IMG/VR virus record: IMGVR_UViG_3300027754_000044
Origin: a virus
Length of the DNA: 64,000 bases
Reading direction: 5' to 3' (one strand)
The position numbers were made by a program, and so were the translations under genes. The notes beneath the pieces are model-generated. The model did not search any database. It saw nothing but the letters and a program-made list of their open reading frames with translations, and was not told the origin of the DNA. Numbering within the stretch: the first letter of the stretch is position 1; each line of letters opens with the position of its first letter. Positions 42,914 through 52,500 of this stretch are shown here, piece after piece.

Positions 42914-43905
42914 TTTCTTAAAGCTAGTTTTAGAGATAAGTCTTTGTGGGAGTTTCTATTTAGAACATCTTCTACGTCTTTTGAATTCAAGCCAGAAATA
43001 ATTGCTTCGTTGATGTCCTTAAAGTTCCACGTATTTGGCCAAATGACGATCTTATGCCCATAGGATATCATTTTTTCCATACGCTGTATAACTTCTTTAT
43101 TCCTTGGCTGATTGTCAAAAACTAAAATTGCATTTTCTTTTGGTATCATATTTGTTGCTTTGATGAAATCCGTTCCACCAGGCGCGATAGAGTTTTCAAT
43201 GAACATACTATCAAATGGGCCTTCAATCACATATATGGTCTTGTTTAGATCAACACGTTGAATTCCATAAACAAGAGGATCGTTTGTCTTTCTAACAGTC
43301 AGATACCGTAATGAAGAATTTCCCATCGCTCTGCAACTGAGACCGATGAGTTCATTTTCTTTGTTGTAATATGGTATAGCAATTCGTTCTTCTTTAGAAA
43401 GTTTGCCCTCATACATCGGACTGAATCTTTCTAACTCTTTCATCGAAGGAACATAATATAATTCCGGATAAAATTTTACTGGAATTTTTCTAGATTCTAG
43501 ATAAGAAAGAGCGCGATGCGAAGACAATTCTGAAATTGGAATAAGCCCATATTCACTCAAATCAACTTTAGGAATAACAATGTTCTTAATGACATCATTT
43601 CGAATTATAGTGAAATCTGTATTTTGCTTACTCTTAAACTTTTCTAATCGATAAGCACGCTGTAGACTAGGATCTAAATGTTCGATCAGTTTATCTAAAG
43701 AGATGGCTATATTACAATTATGGCATTTGTAAAGAAAACTTCCCTTATATTCTAAGACGTATCCTCGCGAACGAAGACGATTCTTTTTAGAATCACCACA
43801 AAAAACACAACGACAATTATAGAGTCGTTCTGTTTTTTTCTTAAATAGAGGGAGTTTGGCTGATACTAGCCCAATGTATTTTTGATCAATCTGAAGTGTC
43901 ATCAT
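42898..43905 (-). CDS. gp61: DNA primase
   Basis: CRCVFCGDS...CHNC zinc ribbon; EGPFDS; FDNQPRN; KDINE. Confidence 0.95.
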   Translation of the reverse strand: MMTLQIDQKYIGLVSAKLPLFKKKTERLYNCRCVFCGDSKKNRLRSRGYVLEYKGSFLYKCHNCNIAISLDKLIEHLDPSLQRAYRLEKFKSKQNTDFTIIRNDVIKNIVIPKVDLSEYGLIPISELSSHRALSYLESRKIPVKFYPELYYVPSMKELERFSPMYEGKLSKEERIAIPYYNKENELIGLSCRAMGNSSLRYLTVRKTNDPLVYGIQRVDLNKTIYVIEGPFDSMFIENSIAPGGTDFIKATNMIPKENAILVFDNQPRNKEVIQRMEKMISYGHKIVIWPNTWNFKDINEAIISGLNSKDVEDVLNRNSHKDLSLKLALRNWKKI

Positions 43906-43911
43906 ACCATC

Positions 43912-43940
43912 ATTATATAATACTACTCGACAAATTACAA
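43912..43940 (-). promoter_or_regulatory. sigma70-type promoter (leaderless geometry) for primase
   Basis: TTGTAA-17-TATAAT-GATGGT-ATG. Confidence 0.75.
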
Positions 43941-43943
43941 GGG

Positions 43944-44111
43944 TTATTTCTTAATACTTTTCCACAAAGCCATTAAAAGAAGTAAACCAATCACAGAACA
44001 TATTCCATACTCAACATAAGAAATTTCTCCGTCGAACGGATCGACTGTTGTATGTGAAATATTATTAACAGGATGTTCAGCTACATACTTTTCACGGGCT
44101 TTATTATCCAT
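43944..44111 (-). CDS. 55-aa protein with C-terminal TM segment
   Basis: Hand-translated MDNKAREKYVAEHP...; fills the gap. Confidence 0.5.
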   Translation of the reverse strand: MDNKAREKYVAEHPVNNISHTTVDPFDGEISYVEYGICSVIGLLLLMALWKSIKK

Positions 44112-44113
44112 GA

Positions 44114-44320
44114 TTATGCTAACAACGATGCGAAATCAATAACACCAACAATAATTTTTCTAGTTGTTAGATTTTCTTCAAGTTCTAATGCGTCATTATT
44201 TATCGTTTCTACTACGATCATATCGTTAACGAGTTCTTTAAATTCTTCTCGGCTCAAATTTCCAGATTCAAACATCTGCTTCAAGTCTTGCGCTTTTACT
44301 GCCAGCTCTTCTGGTGTCAT
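44114..44320 (-). CDS. small hypothetical protein
   Basis: ORF track; coupled to the upstream lipoprotein. Confidence 0.65.
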   Translation of the reverse strand: MTPEELAVKAQDLKQMFESGNLSREEFKELVNDMIVVETINNDALELEENLTTRKIIVGVIDFASLLA

Positions 44321-44736
44321 GGTCTTGGCCTTTTCACGATAACTTTTTGTATGGTATTTGCAGAGTCCGAAATTGATTGTAGTTTCAGCTCACAATAAGT
44401 TTTGTTGACTTCTTTTGCGGTATCATATCTTTTATATAGATCATCGACAAGGATGAATAGAGAATCTGTCATCTTTATTGTCGATGAATTATTCGGAAGA
44501 TTTCCACTGAAGCCCTTTAGCTGACTAGATAATGAAAAAAGTTTTACCGCTGAAGTTTTCGCAGCTTCGTGGTTTGCACAGTTTCTTTTTGAAAATTCAG
44601 AATAGACTTTAATCTTATTGACTAGTAAATGCTCATTAGTATCGTATGGTGCCATAAAATATGAATCATAAAAATTGGATATAGTCGCACATCCGCTCAA
44701 AGAAAAAATAAGTATGATTGATGTTAACAGTTTCAT
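44317..44736 (-). CDS. lipoprotein
   Basis: MKLLTSIILIFSLSGC lipobox. Confidence 0.75.
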   Translation of the reverse strand: MKLLTSIILIFSLSGCATISNFYDSYFMAPYDTNEHLLVNKIKVYSEFSKRNCANHEAAKTSAVKLFSLSSQLKGFSGNLPNNSSTIKMTDSLFILVDDLYKRYDTAKEVNKTYCELKLQSISDSANTIQKVIVKRPRP

Positions 44737-45020
44737 TAGCAATTCCATTTTCTCAGGGCAAGAGCTTTACGACTTGGCTCGCCATTTGGCTTTGTCATCG
44801 GACCATCTACACCACCCATACGAGCGCAGAAAGACTTTCTCCGGTTAGCAGCTTTGCTTCCAGCTTTTAATTCTGAAGGAGGAGTTGTGACTGGTGCTTT
44901 TAGATTCCCACCAGATTTGTTGTTATAATAGTCACGACCCTTTTGGGTTAAACCACCAGTAGAGCTCTTATGCCCTTTGGCGTCGACTGCTGCTTCTGAA
45001 AATTCTTTGAAGGATTTCAT
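44736..45020 (-). CDS. DUF6321-like basic protein with capsid-targeting-like N-terminus
   Basis: MKSFKEFSE; GGLT.KGR, RRKSFCARMGG, LALRKWNC. Confidence 0.8.
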   Translation of the reverse strand: MKSFKEFSEAAVDAKGHKSSTGGLTQKGRDYYNNKSGGNLKAPVTTPPSELKAGSKAANRRKSFCARMGGVDGPMTKPNGEPSRKALALRKWNC

Positions 45021-45187
45021 TTGGCTGCAGCTTTTAAATTCGCAGCGGTAGGTGCACCTTTACTTCCAGGTTTGCGCATACGCTCACCAGAGCCACTCGC
45101 GATTCTTTTTCGTTTAGCATGGATATTATCCCACAATCCACGTTTGCCTTCTTCCATTTGTTCTAAGAATTTTTTAAATTTTTTCAT
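45017..45187 (-). CDS. 56-aa basic protein with capsid-targeting-like N-terminus
   Basis: Hand-translated MKKFKKFLEQMEEGKRGLWDNIHAKRKRIASGSGERMRKPGSKGAPTAANLKAAAK; start/stop overlaps on both sides. Confidence 0.75.
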   Translation of the reverse strand: MKKFKKFLEQMEEGKRGLWDNIHAKRKRIASGSGERMRKPGSKGAPTAANLKAAAK

Positions 45188-45609
45188 TATTCTTCATCCT
45201 CTTTATGACTTCTTATGTGACGCCAAATTCTATTACCACCATCATCGGGATGGTGACGTTCATTATCTTTATTATGAAAGAGATGAGCATTATTTACAGA
45301 ACGCTTATAAAAATCAAACTGAACCATTCTTCTAATCTCGGTTCCGTCTTTTTTCTTTTGTGGATCAACTGGTGCTGCTAGAACATGCTCATGACCATTT
45401 GAATCACGATGATATTGATACCCAGCATGCGAAACATTGTTAAAATACTCCCGATGAAATGGATGTTTAGCCATAGATCTTATCTTCGAACGTCCGATGT
45501 GCTTTAGCAATTCATCTGAGGTGATCGTCTTGGTATGAACTGGTTTATCCATAACAAGTGTCCGCCGAGATTTAAATTCTTCATTTAAAAATTCTTTGAA
45601 ATTTTTCAT
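45187..45609 (-). CDS. His-rich basic protein with capsid-targeting-like N-terminus
   Basis: MKNFKEFLNEE. Confidence 0.75.
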   Translation of the reverse strand: MKNFKEFLNEEFKSRRTLVMDKPVHTKTITSDELLKHIGRSKIRSMAKHPFHREYFNNVSHAGYQYHRDSNGHEHVLAAPVDPQKKKDGTEIRRMVQFDFYKRSVNNAHLFHNKDNERHHPDDGGNRIWRHIRSHKEDEE

Positions 45610-46193
45610 CTTATACCCTCGAATACTTTTTTCTGTTCAGAGTACCACATCTGCCAACCTAATACTTGCTCTCTTACTTGATAATAGAGTCCGTAGTTTT
45701 CTGCGACGGCTTTGACAAGTTCACTGGCTTTAACATCGGAGGTTCCTTCAACAGTTGCTCCGGAACTTGGGGCCACAACATTTTGACTGGCGCTGTTGTG
45801 GAGCACGATTGCAGCATTAGAAAGGGTGCACATATTGTCATACTTAGTAACAATTTTCTCAACCACTTGCACGTTAGCATTTGTTGTCTCCTTGACTACC
45901 TTAATCTTTTCTACAATTTTTGTTTGGACTACAGTATTTACCACTGCAGATTTTGTTTCTGCTTCAACAAGTTTTTCTTCTAATGCAGAAACTTTTAATC
46001 TCCATTCTTCCTCTACAAGATATCCACCCTCACAATAAACGCCAAAGATCAATAGAATAATTGACAAAATAGATATGATTTTTTGATACGGAGGGAAAAA
46101 GAAACTTGCGATGTATATAATGAATCCTGATAAAACGATTATATGAATCGCCCAACGTAATATGTCAGTAGGTATGAAACTTAATAGCCACAT
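45606..46193 (-). CDS. Rz-like inner-membrane spanin
   Basis: N-terminal TM segments, coiled coil, single periplasmic Cys; hosts a nested lipoprotein ORF. Confidence 0.7.
   Translation of the reverse strand: MWLLSFIPTDILRWAIHIIVLSGFIIYIASFFFPPYQKIISILSIILLIFGVYCEGGYLVEEEWRLKVSALEEKLVEAETKSAVVNTVVQTKIVEKIKVVKETTNANVQVVEKIVTKYDNMCTLSNAAIVLHNSASQNVVAPSSGATVEGTSDVKASELVKAVAENYGLYYQVREQVLGWQMWYSEQKKVFEGIR
45674..45880 (-). CDS. Rz1-like outer-membrane spanin (nested)
   Basis: Lipobox LQSC; Pro-rich mature part STTAPVKMLWPQVPEQLLKEPPMLKP; fully embedded in another frame. Confidence 0.7.
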   Translation of the reverse strand: MLTCKWLRKLLLSMTICAPFLMLQSCSTTAPVKMLWPQVPEQLLKEPPMLKPVNLSKPSQKTTDSIIK

Positions 46194-46744
46194 GATTTAA
46201 TTCCATGCGTAGGACAATTTATTCCTGCACGTGTTTTATTACACGCACTTTCTTCAGTCTTAACTTTTTGTCTACGGAGAATTACACTAGAAATAGTTTT
46301 GCTTTTTCTAGTTTTAGTTCCTTTAAATGACGCGATATCGTCTCCCGTTCCGACGACCGCGGCTCCAGTTGCATTTGCAGCTGCACCCATGTCTTCGTTC
46401 AATTCTAAATATTTCATCTGCTCATATAATTTTTCGCGAAGCTGTAATGGATAGTCTCCGATTAGAGTTGCTTCGTTCTTTTCCCTCAATAGAAGTAAAG
46501 CAGCTGCGTATGATGCAATCTGACTTTTACCAAAGGGAACTTTTTCTAAAATTCTTTTTAGATTAAACACAAGACGATCGAAATAACCCATCGCATCTTT
46601 TTCTTGTGAAGTAATCGCATTCCTGATCTTCTTACCATCAGCGTCAATAAGACCAAGAGAAAATGCTTTGGTCTTATTAAATGGAGTAACAAGTCTTTTT
46701 AAGAACTCATAAACCAAATAAATGTCTATGACTGGAGAGGTCAT
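46181..46744 (-). CDS. conserved T4-like hypothetical protein
   Basis: FLKRLVTPF..TKAF.LGLID.DG...FDRLVFNLKRI...SYAAALLLLRE. Confidence 0.8.
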   Translation of the reverse strand: MTSPVIDIYLVYEFLKRLVTPFNKTKAFSLGLIDADGKKIRNAITSQEKDAMGYFDRLVFNLKRILEKVPFGKSQIASYAAALLLLREKNEATLIGDYPLQLREKLYEQMKYLELNEDMGAAANATGAAVVGTGDDIASFKGTKTRKSKTISSVILRRQKVKTEESACNKTRAGINCPTHGIKSCGY

Positions 46745-47133
46745 TATATTCTTCTTAGTGTATTTACTATATTGATATCCATAGGAATATCGCTACTTAT
46801 AATTGTCTCGTTGCTACTACCTATTCCGTCTATCCTGTCTGGCCAATATCCAAGAAGAATTAAAAATGGTTTCAAATAATAGAGATAGTTGTATAATTTA
46901 AAGACAAGAATTCGAGTAAGTGCAGGATGTTCGAACACATTATATAAAATCGTAAGGTGATTCAAAATCAATTTATCGTTCAACTCGCCACTTTTCATGT
47001 AGCGGTTGAACAATTTACTCAAACTCTTTATCTTTGACAAATCATCATAAAATTCCTTTTCATCAGTGCATGATATATTTTTATAATGTCTTGCTGCGTA
47101 TAATATATAATTAGTCTCAGTCAATTGCTGCAT
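46744..47133 (-). CDS. conserved T4-like hypothetical protein
   Basis: YAARHY...EFYDDL...LILNHL.ILYNVF...LKPFL..L. Confidence 0.8.
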   Translation of the reverse strand: MQQLTETNYILYAARHYKNISCTDEKEFYDDLSKIKSLSKLFNRYMKSGELNDKLILNHLTILYNVFEHPALTRILVFKLYNYLYYLKPFLILLGYWPDRIDGIGSSNETIISSDIPMDINIVNTLRRI

Positions 47134-47139
47134 ATTTTG

Positions 47140-47670
47140 TTAGTAACTTGGATACCATTTAACAGCAGTCGCATCATAAGTCATAATGAGAGCCTTACTA
47201 ACAACAGCTGTTGATGCCAGCGCGATATTTCCAGCAGTTGTAGTTGTAAAAGCTGCTGTAGGAATCAATGTTATCTGACCACCACCTATTGAAATCGGAG
47301 TTGGCGCAGTAATAGTAGCTATTGCAGCTGTGCCGGAAACATATGCAATTTGAGTCGTTGGAGCAATTGTTGTTGCGCTTGCGACAGTAGGTGCAGATGA
47401 TCGTTGTGAAGTCAATCCAAAATGAACTGCAACATTCATAGTCGTTGTTTTCGTGAACGTCGTATTACCAGCAGGAAAGACAGTGTTCGCACTTCGAATA
47501 ATGTTCTTTGCACCAGAAAATACTGTGTTGGAAGAAACAGCACCAAAGAAATTCTTTACAGTAATATTCTTCGAAGATGGAGTTCCATTCGGATCATCAA
47601 CAATCAATAATAGGTCGTCCGACGAAGTTGTCGAAAGAGCCGTCAGTTGGGATATTTTTTTATCAGCCAT
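47140..47670 (-). CDS. virion structural/fibre-like protein
   Basis: MADKKISQLTAL...DDLLLIVDDP; T/A-rich beta C-terminus. Confidence 0.7.
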   Translation of the reverse strand: MADKKISQLTALSTTSSDDLLLIVDDPNGTPSSKNITVKNFFGAVSSNTVFSGAKNIIRSANTVFPAGNTTFTKTTTMNVAVHFGLTSQRSSAPTVASATTIAPTTQIAYVSGTAAIATITAPTPISIGGGQITLIPTAAFTTTTAGNIALASTAVVSKALIMTYDATAVKWYPSY

Positions 47671-47672
47671 AA

Positions 47673-48419
47673 TTAAACACCTTTAGGTGATACTGTGAAG
47701 TTAGTGATACGAGTTCCAAAACCATTGTTCAATCCATTCGCAACTGCACCAGTAATTGTAGTATTTGCTGCAGCTGTAATTCCAATTTCTGGATTATAAA
47801 GCGGCATTCCTACTACTGCAACACCAGTCGTTGGACCAAAGAATTTAGCAGCGGCGTTGATATGATAAGTCGCTTTCAATGAACCAGCACGACCTTGAAG
47901 TTTAGGCATCACGAATACAAGAATGTTATTTGCTCCGTTTGCACGACGACCAGTTGCAAACACTGCGCGACCGTGATTTCCACCAGCAGTATTGCTTAAT
48001 TGAAGATGGAAGGAGTTACCTGAAGCCTTGAAATGAACAGGTTGATTGAAAACGACATAAAGATTTGCAGATACGTTTGCAGAAATAACATTATTCGCAT
48101 TCAGCTTAACATATATTTCTGAGATATCTGCAGGACCCAAATTCGTATTAGCTACATATGTGAATGCAACTGAACCACCGCCATATTCGCGGCCTGGACT
48201 TCCGGCAATAAGAATTTCATCGTGAGTTCTCTGTCCATTGACAGTTCCTCTATTTGTTCTACGAACCCATCCAGCTGTTGTAGCGACAACATTACGCTTC
48301 CATGGTTCATTTCCGTCGGTCATTCCAGCAAATGGTTGCTGACCAGCTTTCAGTGAAGCCTCAGTATTTGCGCCACTTTTTACCTGACTGTTTTCTCTAC
48401 TAAATCCAAATTGTGCCAT
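47673..48419 (-). CDS. probable virion structural protein
   Basis: G/N/A/T-rich; AGWVRR; SD AGGAG; late promoter upstream. Confidence 0.65.
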   Translation of the reverse strand: MAQFGFSRENSQVKSGANTEASLKAGQQPFAGMTDGNEPWKRNVVATTAGWVRRTNRGTVNGQRTHDEILIAGSPGREYGGGSVAFTYVANTNLGPADISEIYVKLNANNVISANVSANLYVVFNQPVHFKASGNSFHLQLSNTAGGNHGRAVFATGRRANGANNILVFVMPKLQGRAGSLKATYHINAAAKFFGPTTGVAVVGMPLYNPEIGITAAANTTITGAVANGLNNGFGTRITNFTVSPKGV

Positions 48420-48483
48420 TTCTTTTCTCCTAGAATTTCACAGTTTCGTCGAAATTGACTACTCTGCATAATATAGTATCGTC

Positions 48484-48491
48484 TATTTATA
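48484..48491 (-). promoter_or_regulatory. T4-type late promoter
   Basis: TATAAATA. Confidence 0.75.
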
Positions 48492-48498
48492 AACTTTA

Positions 48499-49302
48499 TT
48501 AGTATTGTGCTTTGAGTTTACCTTTAATCTTCTCATAAGATTTCGTATTGAACCGTCTCGCCATGGTTCCTTGTGGACCACTTTTACGTTTTGGTTCTGG
48601 TTTTTTCATGTCGGCTGCAGTTTCATCTTCACCTTCTGGATCTTTATAGTCTGCGCCATAAGATTTACCAACAACTTTTCGTATGTTGCTTTTTGGAGCT
48701 TCTTTTTGTTTTGATCCAAATCCATATTTGTCCATAACCGAATCAACTTCACGACGGCTTTGAGCGCCGGATTTCATTGGCGCTTCATCCATCTGTTCGA
48801 CTTCTTCTTTCTTAAGATTAGAATGAAATTTAGTGTTTACTACACTTTTCAAAAAGTTATGAGCACCTTCGCCACCCTTACTTCTACCATAGGGAACTTT
48901 TTTACCATGAAGATCTGCATCGTAGAAATGACCACCATAATCATTATAATGATGAAGAATATTACCTACCTTTTTGTCGTTGTGATGAACTTCATAATGT
49001 TTTTCAATAGCCTTTACTGGTTCGTCTTGATCATCAGTAACATCTTTCGGATGAGTCGTCTTGGTCAATTTCAGTTTATAGCCATGTGCTGCTGCTTCAT
49101 CTATTTGTTCTTCTTCTTTCAACTTAGGCTTTGTATCGACGGTATCTTTCTTAGCGCGCAGAGAAGCAAAATCTGTCTTTTCTAGCTTACCATCTTTATC
49201 GACGTCCAATTTCTTCTGACCGCCTACAAGAGCTTCTTCGACAGCTTTTCTTACCGCATCGATAAGTGAATTGGATAATCCGTAATTTACTGTTGGTTTC
49301 AT
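48499..49302 (-). CDS. probable internal head protein with EEQIDE/EEVEQMDE linkers
   Basis: VEEALVGGQKKLDVDKDGKL..DF..LR; two linkers; start reassigned to MKPTVNY with SD AAGGAG. Confidence 0.7.
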   Translation of the reverse strand: MKPTVNYGLSNSLIDAVRKAVEEALVGGQKKLDVDKDGKLEKTDFASLRAKKDTVDTKPKLKEEEQIDEAAAHGYKLKLTKTTHPKDVTDDQDEPVKAIEKHYEVHHNDKKVGNILHHYNDYGGHFYDADLHGKKVPYGRSKGGEGAHNFLKSVVNTKFHSNLKKEEVEQMDEAPMKSGAQSRREVDSVMDKYGFGSKQKEAPKSNIRKVVGKSYGADYKDPEGEDETAADMKKPEPKRKSGPQGTMARRFNTKSYEKIKGKLKAQY

Positions 49303-49303
49303 A

Positions 49304-49567
49304 TTATTCTCCTTTTGAAATTTCTTGAATGGATTCAAGAAGATCATCAGCTTCTTCGTCTGAGATATCCAAGTCGAAGGACTCTTTCATCTTCTTCTGC
49401 ATTGCTCTACGAGCTAGGGCTTTAGCAGCATCCATCCCTGTTCTATTTTTGTTATTCGCTTTCTTAAAAGAAGATTTTTCATCTGGTTCAAATGGAGGAT
49501 CGTCTTTTTTATGTGATTCTGTTACAACTGATCGTATAACTGAAGCGAGTGTCTTGTAAGTTTGCAT
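49304..49567 (-). CDS. small probable head-associated protein
   Basis: MQTYKTL...VTE; DPPFEPD motif. Confidence 0.65.
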   Translation of the reverse strand: MQTYKTLASVIRSVVTESHKKDDPPFEPDEKSSFKKANNKNRTGMDAAKALARRAMQKKMKESFDLDISDEEADDLLESIQEISKGE

Positions 49568-49571
49568 TTTC

Positions 49572-52500
49572 TTATTCCTTATCTTGTGAACTTAATTTTG
49601 CAGCAATGGCCATTTGACGTCTTTTTTCGACACTCTTACCTTTAAACTGAGGCGCATCTGATTTTTTAAAATCTTTAATTACATCGCCCATATCAGCAGT
49701 ATTCATATTTAGTATCTCTTGGCATTGTCCAGGTGTTTCTCTTGCGTAATTTTTCGTAAGTTCTGGAGTTCCAAACTCACCAGCTCCACCCTCTTCAGAC
49801 ACAGCTTTTTCTTTCCTTAATTTATGATAACCTTCGCTGCTATTAACTGTACCGCCAGTCTTTTCGGCATGTGCTTTAGCACCTTCGCGCGTTTTGAATA
49901 TTTTTGGATCGGTAAATTCTTTATGTGATATCCAAGAACCAAGGGGATCAGCTTTTGCTTCCGTCACACCTTGTTTTTTTCTAGCACGAACGATCTTGAA
50001 CTCATCATCGCTATCACGCATATTTGCATCAAGAGCATCCTCCGCGTCTTGGCGACCGCGATGCGGGCTTACAATTTTTCCTGTAGTAGTGTTCTTGATG
50101 AAATGTGTTGTGTCGTTTGTGGCACCCAGGTCTGCATACTTGGACACGTTGGTTTCCGCCACACCTTGCTTCTTTTCTTTCTCAGCTTTTTCCTGCTCCG
50201 CGTTATGTCTTGCTAAAGCATCATCGGTCATCTTTTTACGAATAGCCATTTGTTGTATTTTTTTAGCTAAGATTTTATGTGCATTGGATTCTTTAAGATG
50301 ATTACCTACGCCACCCAGAGCTTCAATCTGATCTTTATGCTTATGATACATCTTAGCGTGATGATTTTTTGTCGCTTCTAGTTTAGATTTCTTAGCAACG
50401 TGATATCCTTTAAGGTGAAACTCCATAGCAGAAAGGTGGTCATCTACAGATGTGTCTTTATGCATGAACTTTCTTCCCTTGCCACGACCACCTTGAATCG
50501 TTAGAAGATGATCACCTCTAGCCTCGTGTATTTCTGGAACATACATTTCGATTTCGAATATAGAATCTGCATCTACATCTTCTTTCATACCTTGCTTATT
50601 TTCTTTTGATGCAAGAGCTTTATGCTTCTTGTGTCGTTGAAGGTAATGATTAGCCATAACGCCATTGCCTTGGCTAGTTGCAGCAATATATGCTTTGTGA
50701 GCTAAAGCAGCTAATTCAGAATGACTAGCAACTTCGTCGATCTGTTCTTCTTTTACATCTTGGAGCAGAGATGTTTTACTCACTTTAGGTGCAGGCGAAG
50801 TATTTTCAAAATCTTTTTCAACATATTGATGGTCATGAACTTTATAACCTTGTTTCTTATAATGATTAATTGCAGTATCTATAGCATGTTCACGATCTTT
50901 TGCTGTTACTGAAGCACGTCTTTGCATTGTTTCTTTACGCTTAGAAACCATAGTGTGATTTGGATCAGATATAGTTACATTAACTAAATGTTTTTCGTCA
51001 ATCTGATCGACTTCTTCTCTACGAACATCATAGTGCTGGTCTCCAGTGTATGCACGACGACCAAGTCCACTTCGATCTTTCCGTAATCCAGCAGCGGCTT
51101 TGTTTCTTTCATCTTCAGAACCTGGTGTTCCTTTTGTAGCGATCTTTCTATTCAGCTTTGGATATCCGACTAAAGCGGAAACAGCACGCAATGGTGCTTC
51201 GTCCATCTGTTCGACTTCTTCGTCTTGAACCCCAGTTTCTCTGCGATCATTTCTCCACACAATCCTACCATCTGGAAGACGAACCTTAACACGATTAACA
51301 TCAGCACTTCTCTGAACTTCATCCATCTGTTCGACTTGCTCTTTGATGTGTGCAATATAATCATAGTCGTCCATAGTCAATATACCTTTGTTGCGAATAT
51401 TGATTAATTTTTCTACAACTTTATGCAAATCCATATCACTCTTTAAATCTTCGCGAGCTAATTCCAGAACACGAATCAACAGAGGGATATCCATTACTAC
51501 TGAATCCTTCTCGTTGACAGCTTCCTGTTGATTTGCTAAAAATGAATTGACTGCATCAAAAGCGACGCTTTCATTTCCAGAATCTTTAAGAGCATCTTCA
51601 TAAACTTCAACGACGGCATCTATAGAAACATTATACTTTACTGATTTGTTGTATAGACTCTCTGCAATTTTATCTTCAGCCAAAGGATCATATTGATCCT
51701 TCATCTTTTCTCTAAGCGATGCAAAAGTTTTAGATTCGTGTTGACGAATCATTTTCTTACGCAAAGTCAAATGACCTTCTTCGGGAGTCGGATCCATTTT
51801 ATTAATTTTAAGTGGATCTACTTCAAGGGGGTCGTTTTCAAGAGGATCTTTTGAAATATTTTTTTCCTCATTCTGTGGATTCTTTTTAAGAACTACCATA
51901 GCACGTATCCTAGCGAATGTTTGTGGGTCATCTGTAGCCATCTTTAAAATCTTATCTAACATTGAAAGAATTTTACTGCGCAATTCTGGTGACGATAAAG
52001 CCTTTTCACCAATCTTAAGAGCGCGACGGTATTTTTCGATTTCATCTTGATCAACTAGACCAAGACGAAGAAGCATATTAACTTTTGGTGTCAGTAGATG
52101 ATCGTTGTTAGTTGAAATATAATCTGGATCTTCTTTAACATCATAAGACTGATATAAAGATTTTGACTGTGCTGGCATAGTTACATTTTGCCCCCGCGCT
52201 TTGGCAAGACGTGTCATTTCCTTCTTACGAATCATCGGAAGAGTTCTCTTGGATAATGTTCCGACTAGTTTATCTAGATTTTTTCCATATCTTGCCTGCA
52301 CAGCTTTATCTATAGCATATCTTTGCGATGGTGGAAGTTTGTGATATGACAAACCTTTTTGTCCAGCAATACGTTTACGCAGCATCATAAGCGCAGATGT
52401 TCTAGCGCGATAAGTTAATCTCTGAGGAGTAGCCATACGTTTGCGTTTCAGTTCGCGCATTCTTTTCATGCGTGGCTGACGCTGTTTGAATTTCATTTTT

